A stretch of DNA of 64,000 nucleotides from Takakia lepidozioides (Eukaryota; Plantae; Bryophyta): the NCBI GenBank assembly GCA_030704615.1, contig CM060734.1:14136001-14200000 (forward strand), in the 5' to 3' direction. The position numbers and the translations under genes were made by a program. The notes under the pieces are model-generated. The model had not been told where the DNA came from and made no database searches. It saw only the letters and a program-made list of their open reading frames with translations. Positions 38,340 through 49,670 of this stretch are shown here, in pieces (position 1 is the first letter of the stretch; each line of letters starts with the position of its first letter).

Positions 38340-41332
38340 AGGAATTGCTTTGCCTTCAGTTTGAAGGACTTGGGAGCACTGAAAGGTCAAGAGATTCGCA
38401 TTGAATTGGCTACTGACACGCCAATCTTTCGGAGACCCTATAGATACAGTGACATGGAGAGGTCCTTGATTCAGATGAGAATCAGGATCTTTGGGAGGCA
38501 GGTTTGGTGGAGCTCTCTGGTGGAGAGTATGCTTCAGCCACAGTGATGCCAGCCAAGAAGGATGTCTATGGCAATTGGACGGAGAGACGTATGTGCGGTG
38601 ATTACCGGCCTGTAAATCGTCAGACCAAGTCCGATAGGTATGCCATGCCGACACTAGAGGAGATCTTTGATGCCATTGGGCATTCCAAGGTCTTTAGCAC
38701 GTTGGATTTACGATCCGGATATCACCAGTTGCCGATCAAGGAGGCGGATAAGCAAAAGACGACATTCTGGGGGATCAATGAGCACGGGAAGGATTGCCTA
38801 TACCAGTGGCGGTTCTTACCATTTGGCTTAAAAACGCTCCCGCTGAGTTTCAAAGAGTCATGGACAGGATTCTAGCAGGGGTGGAGTTTGCTCGGTGCTA
38901 CATAGATGACATCATCATCTTTAGTGCTATGGTGGAGGAGCATGAGAGACACCTTCAGGGGGTATTTGAGCGCTTGAGGACGCACGGATTGAAGTTACAT
39001 CCGGGCAAGTGCAAGTTTTTCCACAACCAGATTGAGTATCTGGGTCACATGATATATCCTGGAGGATTGGGGGTACAGCAGACTAAGGTAGAGTCCATTG
39101 CACAGTTCCACGCCCCACGGATGTGAGCCGAGTTCGAGCTTTCATGGGGTTAGCAAACTATTACAGACGGTTTGTTAAGGGATTTAGTGCCATTGCAAAG
39201 GCTCTAACCAAGCTGACCAAGGTGGACCAGGGAGTGTGGCAGTGGGAAGATGAGCAAGAACAAGCTTTTCAAGAGCTCAAGGCGAGGTTGACCTCGGCGC
39301 CCATCTTGAGACGACCTATCAGGGGGCGTCCTTTTCAGCTGCATACAGATTGGAGCATGCTGGGGCTTGGAGCGGTGCTCACACAGGTGGATGATGAGGG
39401 AAGAGAGTTCGTAGTGGCTTATGCTAGCCGCTCGAACAATGCTGCAGAGTCTAAGTATAGCTCATATGAGGGAGAATGCTTAGCTGCAGTGTGGGCCGTG
39501 GCACACTTCAGGTGCTATCTATATGGCAATCTCTTCACCCTTATCACGGATCACCAACCACTCAAGTGGTTGATGGAGTCAGACAAGCTTACGGGGAAGC
39601 TTGCACGGTGGGCACTCATCCTTCAAGAGTATGACTTTCAGGTGGTGCATCGACCGGGTTTGGTCAATCGCAATGCAGATGGGTTGAGTCGCAATCCATG
39701 CACGAGCCAGCAGGATGACACTGGAGCTCGGTGGCATGGTGAGACGGACGAGGAGATGGTGCCCGGATGGCATGCATCTGCATTTCTGTGTATCTTGGCA
39801 GCGGAAGGCCAGGTTGGACTGCAACAGGGATACTGTAGATCAAGTGTCTGAGGACCCTGAGGCCAGCAATGAGCAAGGTGGCGCCAAAGATATACATGAG
39901 GATTCAGTTGTGTTGGACTACCTCCGCACTGGAGACACTGCAGCCACTGTGACTGCCAAGGAGAGGGATCGGATCCTACAACGAGCCAAGAGGTTCAAGT
40001 GGGAGGGGACACACCTGCTCCGAGTGTGGGAGGATGGTCGAGTGAGGATTGTGCCTCACCCAACACAGCGGGCACGGTTAGTGCGGCATGCCCATGAGGA
40101 GTTGGGGCATTTTGGGGTGCGACGCACTCATAGTCTACTGCAGGGGCAGTATTGGTGGCGTGGTATGCACACAGAGGTGCAACAATTTGTGGCTAGGTGC
40201 ATGGTGTGTGACAGGGTGCGTGCTTCATTCAACGCCCCTACTCCACAATTGCACCCTCTTCCGATCATGGGATTGGGCTACAGGTGGAGTCTTGACTTCG
40301 CAGGGCCGTTGCCACTGACCATGCGCCACAACAAGTACGTGTTGGTGATGGTGGAGCACTTCTCCAAGTGGATTGAATTGGTTCCATTGCCTGATAAGGC
40401 TAGTGAGGGAGCTGCATGCATTCTTGGATTGTGTGCTTAGCCGATTCGGTGCTCCAGCTGAGGTACTCACGGACCAAGGGAGAGAGTTCTTGGGGGAGTT
40501 TCAGGCTTTGTGTGACAAGGCCTTGATAGACCACCGCACCACTTCTCGGGATCATCCTGAGGCCGATGGCTTGGCAGAGAGAGTTGTTCAGACAGTAAAG
40601 AGGGGTTTGCGCAAGTATGGCTTGCAGAAGGGACACCTAGGAGATTGGGACCTTCAGTTACCCTGGTTAGCCATGGGCTACAGGTTCAGCAAGCAAGCAT
40701 CACTTGCCTCCTTCTCACCATACTTTCTTCTCTTTGGCCGAGAGCCGGATTTGCCTACATCCATTCGCAGAGAAGCTGCTACAGTTCTTAACCTTGACGA
40801 TCCGGACGTGTGGGCACGTGCATGTGAGCAGTGTGCAGAGTTGTTCAAGAGAGTCATGCCCATGGCTTTCGAGAACCTTGCCATTGCACAACACCGTGAT
40901 ACGTTGAGGTATGCTACCATACGTGGTGGGGGCTATCGTCCTGGGGTTCGGAGATTCAACCCTGGTGACTATGTCTATCTGCAGCAGACTGCTCCTACGA
41001 CCCTGGATGTGACTGCAGGACGTGTTATTTTGAGGGTTCGAGAGGTCTTGCCCTCAGGCGTCTTGGTCTTGGAGGGTCGGGATGGCATAACTTGGAAGGA
41101 CCATGTGCGTAATTGTGCGCCATGTCACCTTCCGAATGTCGATGGCAGGATTGACCCAAACCTGGCAGTGGTATCTGCAGGTTTGAGGTGCATGTTGTGT
41201 GGGTCTGCTAAAGGGGCAGCCACCATGCTGGTGTGTGATCGATGCTCTAGAGGTTGGCATATGGGATGCTTGACTCCACCTCTTGAGATGGTTCCGGATG
41301 GGGATTGGTTATGTCCACAATGCATTGGATAG
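38340..41332 (+). pseudogene. Gypsy pol: RT, RNase H, integrase (H2C2 plus rve) and C-terminal PHD finger; several frameshifts
   Basis: RMCGDYRPVN, LDLRSGYHQ, PFGLKN, YIDD, YLGH; LHTDWS..ECLA..TDHQPL; HEELGHFG..CMVC; WSLDF..TDQGREF..AERVVQ; CMLC..LVCDRCSRGWHMGCL..W.CPQC. Confidence 0.92.
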
Positions 41333-41588
41333 TGGGAGTGGATACAACCATGGAAGGCTAACAAGAAACGCAAGGCCCAGCTACAGGAGACCTTGAACAC
41401 ACAAAGTCCTGGCTCAAGTTCACAGATTGCAAGACGGCGACTAACGATGGGGCTACTCTTGTACCCGGCCTCTTGGTCTATAGAGTTTGAGTACAATAGG
41501 GACAGTGATAGAGGACTTAGTACGGCTGGCTATTACATCTTGTAGCTATCTGGAGGTAGAGGGACCTATCCACCAGCTAGGGGGGCGA

Positions 41589-42116
41589 TTGTGGCAGACT
41601 ACTTTATTGTGCATATATGTGTGTGTGGTTTGGACAGCGATGTAGTTGTGTTGCGATACGTATGCGCACGACAGCTGTCAAGTTAAATAAGCACAGTGTG
41701 AAACTAGCTAGAATAAAGCTAGTTATTTGTATTTAACACTTGGATTTAGGTCAAGTGTTAAATCAGGTGTCAAGTTTAGTTTGACACCTGACCCGTCTTA
41801 TCTTCACGAGAGCGGCAGTTGCGCGGCTCATCTCTCTCGAGTTGAGCCTGCGCGACCGAGCTCCTTCATGCGTTTAGATTTGAGTGTGCTTATGATGGGA
41901 ATGTAGGTTGTTGTGGGGTGGAGTCCCCATAGCTTGGGGTGCCCCTGGCTCGACTTCTGTTTTAAAGAGTGATAGCGATGGATTCATGTTGTTTCTGGTG
42001 TGAGCAGTGTGTTATCTAGTTTTCTTATCATTGTGGTAGACTACTTTATTGTGCATATATGTGTGGTGTGGTTTGGACAGTGATGTAGTTGTGTTGCGAT
42101 ACGTATGCGCACGACA
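41589..42116 (+). repeat. Right-end repeats B1 (41589-41673) - A2 (41676-42030) - B2 (42031-42116)
   Basis: An ~85-bp segment TTGTGGYAGACTACTTTATT...ATGCGCACGACA flanks A2 on both sides. Confidence 0.92.
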
Positions 42117-43069
42117 ACTTCTCCAACCACAGTAAGAAGGACTGGATTTGGAATTTCACTTATATCATCATCGGACGAATCCGAAAGCTCAACGATTGGA
42201 GTGGAGGACGTCTGTTCTTTTTTCACCACACCTCCCTCTTGTCTTCAACGACCGAAGCAGCAGTCCCGGGCGTCACATATGACCCAAGGGACTTTCGCCG
42301 AGGCTCTCCATTATATCGACCAGGGCGCACTCTCCACTGGCTGACATGAGCCGTCTCATCACGGTTTTGGAAAGAGTATTTCAACAACTTCCCTTTCAAA
42401 TTGTACACCTCTTTCTCCAAAAAGATGGAGCCATTCTGAAGCTGAAAACGGGTAGCCAAGACATGTTCCAGAACAATTGCAAATCCATTGTCAAGGACTT
42501 CCTGGGAGAACGACACTGGTTTGTTGTCAGAGAAGAACTCCGCTTCAGAGGAAGCCATCTTCCTTCCTCGCGTACGTTGATACCTTGCTATCGCAGACCT
42601 TCAGTGTAAATCGGTTTACTGATGTCTCCAGAACACAGTTGAAGAATAAGCAGAGAATATGGCGGAGGAAGCTCAGACGATGACTCTGCATATTCTGTTA
42701 TTCCTTCCAGATATGCAGCCGTCCATTTTAATTACTTTTCTTGTGGGCCCAGTGGTCAGAGTATCCCTAGGAGCAATGTCGGCAGCTGTTAAACCGTTAA
42801 TCAAAACCTCATCAATAAACACAATAACGAGGTTTGCTATTTCATGAGCATGAGCGGCATGAGCGGCATGAGCAGAGTAGTAACACAATCGGTTTTCATG
42901 AGCAGAAGTACAAATTTCGAAAATAAAAAACAATAAAAAACAATAATTTAATGCAATGTGTCAGAAAAAACAAATATATTATTCGGCCCCTTGAAGGGAA
43001 AATTGCACTTTTGACAGTTGTGCTCATGATATTTCGTCTTCCGCTCATGCCAATTCCCAGCGACATGTG

Positions 43070-43435
43070 CAAATATGGCGCCGAATTTTGCGGTAATAGG
43101 GTCCGTAACCTGAAAAAACGGCGACGTATTTCGTGGCAATAGGTCTCTCTGGCGAAAAATGGTGCCGAATTCCGTAGCTATAGGTCCCTTCATGACAGGT
43201 AATTCGGCGCCATTTTTCCAGTGCATGTTCGGACTTAGCCAGTTTTCGGCCCAAAAAAAGAGAAATTTGGCGCCATTTTTCCAGACACGGTACCAGTGCA
43301 TGTTGGGACTTAGCCAGTTTTCGGCCCCAAAAAGAGAAATTCGGCGCCATTTTCCCAAACACAAGTACCAGTGCATGTTGGGACTTAGCGAGTTTTCGGC
43401 CCCAAAAAGAGAAATTCGGCGCCATTTTTCCAGAA
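43070..43435. repeat. Subterminal repeats carrying the B-type motif (AAATTCGGCGCCATTTT plus GGACTTAGCC)
   Basis: Three ~75-80 bp units plus partial motifs, related to the intronic repeat at 52915-53716. Confidence 0.8.
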
Positions 43436-43589
43436 ATGGCCCCACAACTGCTTCTGTTGGATCTCAGTTTGAATGGAATATTGCCTCATTCCAGGAGTTT
43501 TGGGGTGCATTTCATTACACTGCAAAAAAAATGTCTGATACAGCAAAATGCATTTGAAAATATCCATATGGAGGATTCCGTTTGCCCCA

Positions 43590-46500
43590 TCAATGATTTC
43601 TGGAATCCCTAAGGAGGAGTTTGTGCAGCTCGTTCACGCTCAACGCCGGTGCATGAATAAAGTCATCAATAGTCACGTTCATCCTCAACCTCTTCAGGTA
43701 AATGTAATACAGATGCTAGCACGGATAATACTTCGAACCCTTCTTTGCTTCCATCAACGAGAAGTCCGTACAGTTGCAAGTCGGCTTCACTCCAATCGTA
43801 ATTGTGTATACATCGTCGCGTACAGCCGAGCCGGCCGTTGCCATCCGATACACACGCCCAAGGCCGGGTGGGGGTACGTCCACGGAGCTCTGAATAGTGC
43901 AAGCCATCCCAAGAGCATTGGCAATCCGAGTCTCATTCAACTTGTTGGGAGGGTGTCGTCTCTTCACTCTTCCGAATCGCATTGTGGGATGTGCAGAATT
44001 GTCCAATCCGTCTCTACTAGACCGAGCAGTCTGCAATGGCTGGGTCTGAGGAACCGGAAATGCGTGGGCCGGGATGTCTGTGCGTTGCACCATTCGAAAT
44101 CCTACTGCAGATAGAGCATCCGCCTCATTCTGAGAGAGGCTGTAACCCGGTGCAACAGGCCAGACGCCCGGAGGCTCCGGCATTCCCTGAATCCCGTACT
44201 TGGGCTTGCCAAATACACAGGTCATTATGTCGTGCCTACAGAACCAAAATGTCTGCGTTGTGGCGTGAGCAAATGTGGGAGTCAAAAATCTCCCGCTGAA
44301 ACAAGGTGCAGGTACAGCACAGTGTGGGTTCCTCCGAATCATCTCACCACAGCGTGCTCTCGTATCCACCCAGATGGCGCAACACTTCCCTCGAAATGCC
44401 GGCAATGTCCTCGCAATTCTCCACTGTGACTCCAACACTCTTGTCTCCACAATGGGAATGTTGTATTGCTTTACTACAGATGGCTCGTTATGTTGCCGGG
44501 GCACGCGCCCTGTGCTCAAAGGAGATGGCGATCTTGAACGTGCAGGACTTCCGGTGCTCGACGAGACCTCCTCGGACAACATCACCGGACCACGAGGGAG
44601 CGTGCGAATATTCTTGTCAGCTCGCCATGAATCCTCTTCTCCGCCAGGTGCCTCGTCAAGTCTTCGTCTCACTGGACGGGTATGAACATCTCCTTCCAAA
44701 TGTTGGCCTCTTCGCAGCAGCAATGGCGTGTCCCGAAGGCCCTCGCAAGGCCGCCGCCCACTTCCGAGGATTCTTCGATCTGGAGGCAGTCCGCATCAGC
44801 ATTTCCTGCCTGTCCGGCCCCAAGCCCCACTGTTTCCCTTTCAAGAACTCGTTGTACCTGCATTGCTGCATAATTGACCTCACAATGTCCTCCGTTGTGG
44901 CAGTGAGGATGTCCACCAGATGCGCCGCAGAGGAGGCACGCCAGGAAGAGTGCACTGATTCGGCCATGTTTGTCGTGGGCATGTCGGTGTCGGAGTCGAG
45001 ACACATTTCCTGCACAAGCACATGTTCAGGTTACAAGCAAGTTACAAATATGGCCAAGAATAATATCCAACGGGACGCGAATTCGTGCAACTCACCTCCC
45101 GCATATAGTCGCCGAACTGGAGGAAACGATAATGCCACCATGCTAGCCAACTGACCATTGCTCCTTCGTCTGATTTCCTTACAGCACCTGACGATGTCCA
45201 CCAAGCCCGTATGCATGCAAACTGTGTCTCTGCATCATCCAAGGTGGGAGCGCGCTTCCACGCAAGGCACATGGAACGGTGCTCCTCTTTGAAATCAGGC
45301 GCCACGAGCCTGGTTGTGTACTGCGAAAGGCTCTGCAGAAAATGGAACCCACAAGATCTCTCCTTGCCTTCCATGGGAACATTGGGGTCTTGCCCGTACA
45401 CCCTTCGGATGGCAGCCCAATTTGCTTGTGCGTTTTCCGCCATGAAACCACGGAAATTGGGAGGGGGCAATCCCGCCTTGGCCATCTGTTCGTTTATTCC
45501 CTGCCAAAGAAGCATCTCCGATTGTGTGTCCTCTCCTTTCATCTCACAAATAGCAATTGTCATTAGCATCCTGCAGTGGGTGTCGTAGACATGTGCACCC
45601 ATTGTCACCCACTGGTGATTTGTAATTCGCTTGATATGGTCGAACATGACCCAACTGTTTGACAAGTTCCCACTCGTCATCCTGTCGACCAGTTCGACGC
45701 CACTGCCAGGTCCACACGTGGACATTTTGAATACGAAACAACGATCTGCCTCAGTCCCTTGTCCTGGAAACCTACTTCCATGAATGTAGTCATATCCACA
45801 TCGTCGCTTCACCTCCAGAATGGAGTGCATATCCGAGCCACGCCCAATTTTCTGTTTGCATGAGACAATGTGGTTTCGGACATTCGGTGAACATACGTGG
45901 GACACCGACTCCAGCAATGCCTCCATTTCCTTCTCGTCGAGAGGAACTCTATCGGAGCCGTCTTCCGACATAATTCTGGCCAATGCCATCTTATGGGCGG
46001 CTTGGAGCTGTATCTGTTTGGGTTTGGCACCCGGTCTCAACTTAACCTCCTCCTGAACGAGCTGCTCTGCATCGTGGGCAGCCTCCCACGAGTTCCCCCT
46101 CGCCAATTTGTGACAATGGGAACCAACGTGTATGCAAGCTCGGGTGAGGTCAGGGAAACGGTGCAACACATAGAACTGCTTGGCATTACAAACAGACATG
46201 CAGTGTGGTGGTTCTTTGCAATGCACACACTTAAATGTGGAGTTCGGAACCTTCTCCTGAGCTCGAAATGGTTGATGAGTTGTGCCTGTCCAATCGGTCT
46301 CGTTCTTGTGACCTCTGGATTTAAAGTGGAAGCAAGTTGGGGAGAAACACCGCAACGCGCCCGCACAAACAACGTAGCGCACCCGCACACCATCAAACAT
46401 CTTCATGCTGGTGATTTTGGTAACGCACCAAGGATGACCGTCATGTTTTCTATCCATATCTGTCAACATTCCGGACGCCCTCGAGTAGTCCGCCCGAGGA

Positions 46501-47183
46501 GGGAACTCAAAGAAGATATTACTGTCGACGTCGGCGGGAAGGCATGTAACCAATTTAATTGCAAACTTGCTGTAGTCCAGCCCGGCCAGCTCCGACCGGT
46601 GTCCCTCCAGGTGAAGCCCTCGAAGAATTTCAAGAATAGATCGAACTGCGGTGCTCGTGCTGGGAATATGACTCCCTCCTCCACTGACGTCCATTGAGGA
46701 CTTGCCTGATCTCCAGGACGACCTCGGAACTTCCATGACCTCATCTGCGTCGGACAGGTTGTGAACAACCCGGTTCTCGCTCGTCTTCATGGATGGGTTC
46801 GGCTCTGGATTTACTTCGTTGCGGACTTCTCTCTTTGAGGTAGCCACTCTCTGATTCGCGGATTGTTTCGTGGAAGGCGCCAGGATAGAAGGTGCATTTG
46901 GCGGGCAAATGAAGTCACCAACAGCCCTGTATATGACGCTGTCCGATGGTGGAACTCGCCATTCCCTGCCATCGCCGAAATCATCGTGGAGCACAACAAT
47001 ACTCTCGACAACAAGGCCATTTGAGTCCTTCCTTTCCTCCTCCAAAAAAACCGACCCCGGTTTCAGGTGGTATCGAACGCACAGATATTTCTCCATCACC
47101 CGGCAGATGTCCCCTTTGCACGGAAATGAAGCTCTATGCTTGTGAAGAGGGCAGTACACTGTAGCGCTCGGGTTTTCCGCCAT
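43590..47183 (-). pseudogene. MULE transposase B (GCM-like Zn finger, DDE core, SWIM), mildly degenerate
   Basis: Exon 47183-45096, intron 45095-45010 (GT..AG, same position as in A), then TTNMAESVHSSW. Motifs WVMFDH, FMAENAQA (D>E versus A) and CGFH. Frameshift near 44740; SWIM CNCTDF..YPC*HLYY contains a stop. Confidence 0.88.
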
Positions 47184-47259
47184 GGAAGATGTGCACACAA
47201 GACTGCCAGGATGGCGTGCGGGGAAGCTCCCTGGTAGAAGGGGGATGCAGCGATGGGAA

Positions 47260-49470
47260 GGAATGCGGTGCCGATTTGTCCGAGCGACGAAGCCTGATCC
47301 AAATCCAGGGAGCCAACTATCTCAAAAATCCACAGTCAGAGTGTTAATGAACCTTGTCTCCGGAATGCGGCCCCTGGTCTTTGCGCAATAACTGCCAACG
47401 GTATGCAGTCAGAAAGTGGGGGGCCGTCCGGATGATGTCGGCTGAAGGGGAGAAGCCGGCACCGTGCCGTCACATTACTACCCCCGAATGGAAATTCGGC
47501 ACCCAATATCCAACAGGGGCCGCACGGATGAAGTCGTCTGGGGCAGAGATGCCGGCACCTGTCCGACAGAGAACATCCCCCGGATGGAAATTCAGCGCCG
47601 AATTTCCATTCGGATTCCCCCAAAGGAAGTCCTGTCGGGGGGTCAGGTCGAAAACTGGCCGACATAAAAACCTCCGCGGATGCAAAAACGGCGCCGAATT
47701 TCCAACAGAGGAAGCCCGGATGAAGTCGACTCGGGCGCAGAGGCCGGAGTGTGTGCGACAGAGAACATCCCCTGGATGGAGATTCGGCGCCGAATTTCCA
47801 TCCGGGCCCCCCAAAGGGAGTCGTGTCGGGGGGTCAGGCCGAAAACTGGACGGCATAAAAACATCCCCAGATGGAAAAAACGGCGCCGAATTTCCATCCG
47901 GGGCGGTTCGGATGCAGTCGGGGAGGGGGGAGTGGCCTGCACTTGGCCGTCACATTTCAACCCCCGGACGGAAATCGGCACCGAATATCGAACAGGGGAC
48001 GCCCGGATGAAGTCGCCTCGGGCGCAGAGGCCGGCGAGTGTGCGACGGAGAACATCCCCTGGATGGAGATTCGGCGCCGAATTTCCATCCGGGCCCCCCC
48101 AAAGGAAGTCTTGTCGGGGGGTCAGACCGAAAACTGGCCGACATAAAAACCTCCACAGATGGGAAAACGGCGCCGAATTTCAATTCGGGGCCGTTCCAAT
48201 GCAGTCGGGGAGAAGGGAGAGGTCGGCACCTGGCCGTCATATTTCAACCCCCGGGACGGAAATACGGCACCGAATATACAACAGAGCGGCGGAGAGGCGG
48301 CACCTCTCTGACAGAGACCATCCCCCGGATGGAAATTCGGCGCCGAATTTCCATCCAGCAGGTAAGTGGAATCCCGGATGGATGGAGATTCGGCGCCGAA
48401 TTTCCATCGAGCAGGTAAGTGGAATCCCGGATGGATGGAGATTCGGCGCCAAATTTCAATCCTGCAGGTAATTCGAATCCCGGATGAATGGAAATTCGGC
48501 GCCGAATTTCCATCCAGCAGGTAAGTGGAATCCCGGATGGATGGAGATTCGGCGCAGAATTTCCATCCTGCAGGTAATTCGAATCCCTGCTGGATGGAAA
48601 TTCGGCGCCGAATTTCCATCCAGCAGGTAAGTCCGATCGGTGCCGTATGGATATTCGGCGCAGAATTTCCATTCGCCATGTATTTCTGCGCGAGGAATTA
48701 CCTTCGTGCAGGTAATTCCCATATAAGAATTACCTTCCTGCAGGTAATTCCCAGATGAGAATTACCTTCGTGCAGGTAATTCCAATCGATGTTAATTCCT
48801 CGTCCATAATTACCTACACGAAGGTAATTCTCATCTGGGAATTACCTGCAGGAAGGTAATTCTTATATGGGAATTACCTGCACGAAGGTAATTCCTCGCG
48901 CAGAAATACATGGCTAATGGAAATTCGGCGCCGAATATCCATACGGCACCGATCCGACTTACCTGCAGGATGGAAATTCGGCGCCGAATCTCCATCCATC
49001 CGAGATTCCACTTACCTGCTGGATGGAAATTCGGCGCCGAATTACCTGCTTGAGGGAAATTTGGCGCACCGCCCTACCTGCGCGGATGGAAATTCGGTGC
49101 CGGATTTCCATCCGCGCGCTTCCGAATTACCTGCGTGAGGGAAATTTCCAGCGCCGCCCTACCTCCGCGGATGGAAATTCGGCGCCGGATTTCCATCCGC
49201 GCGCTTCCGAATTACCTGCGTGAGGGAAATTTCCAGCGCCGCCCTACCTCCGCGGATGGAAATTCGGCGCCGGATTTCCATCCGCGGGCTTCCGAATTAC
49301 CTGCGTGAGGGAAATTTCCACCGCCGCCCTTCCTCCGCGGATGGAAATTCGGCGCCGGATATCCATCCTGCTGCTCTCCGAATTACCTGCAGGATGGAAA
49401 TCCGTCGCCGGAATTCCATCGTGCAGCGCTCCGAATTACCTCTACGTTGGAAATTCCGGGACTGTTTACG
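47260..49470. repeat. Intergenic array of the 22-bp palindrome GGAAATTCGGCGCCGAATTTCC, with a 191-bp-arm inverted repeat and an 85-bp tandem repeat
   Basis: About 30 motif copies. Inverted arms 48591-48781 and 48808-48998 with a 26-bp spacer. 85-bp units start at 49081, 49166, 49251 and 49336. Confidence 0.92.
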
Positions 49471-49670
49471 TCGATTTTCATCCGACATGGAGGGCTTCAT
49501 CCGACATTTAATTGCGCAGTTGGGCAATAAATGTCGACGGCCGTCGGTTATTATTCGGGCTGGCGACGCATGGCTTCCTGGACACGTACCCTAAATCTCA
49601 TGCTAAACTTGGCTTAACATGATATTCCAGGCATGTACCCCAAAAAAGGAGATCTTTTTGGCTGGGACTT

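Noticed and set aside
48591-48998. Inverted repeat read as the junction of two adjacent elements' TIRs
   Set aside because: True termini with a shared TSD lie at 42829 and 56315, so the palindrome is internal.
47260-49470. CRISPR-like appearance of spaced palindromic repeats (also 21270-21990 and 52915-53716)
   Set aside because: The spacers are themselves repeated and variable in length, no cas genes are present, and the context is eukaryotic with introns.
47336-49594. Many overlapping ORFs (MEIRRRISI..., GNSAPNFH...), also at 21208-21997, 42948-43557 and 52800-53710
   Set aside because: These are artefacts of translating palindromic repeats, which give the same peptides on both strands.
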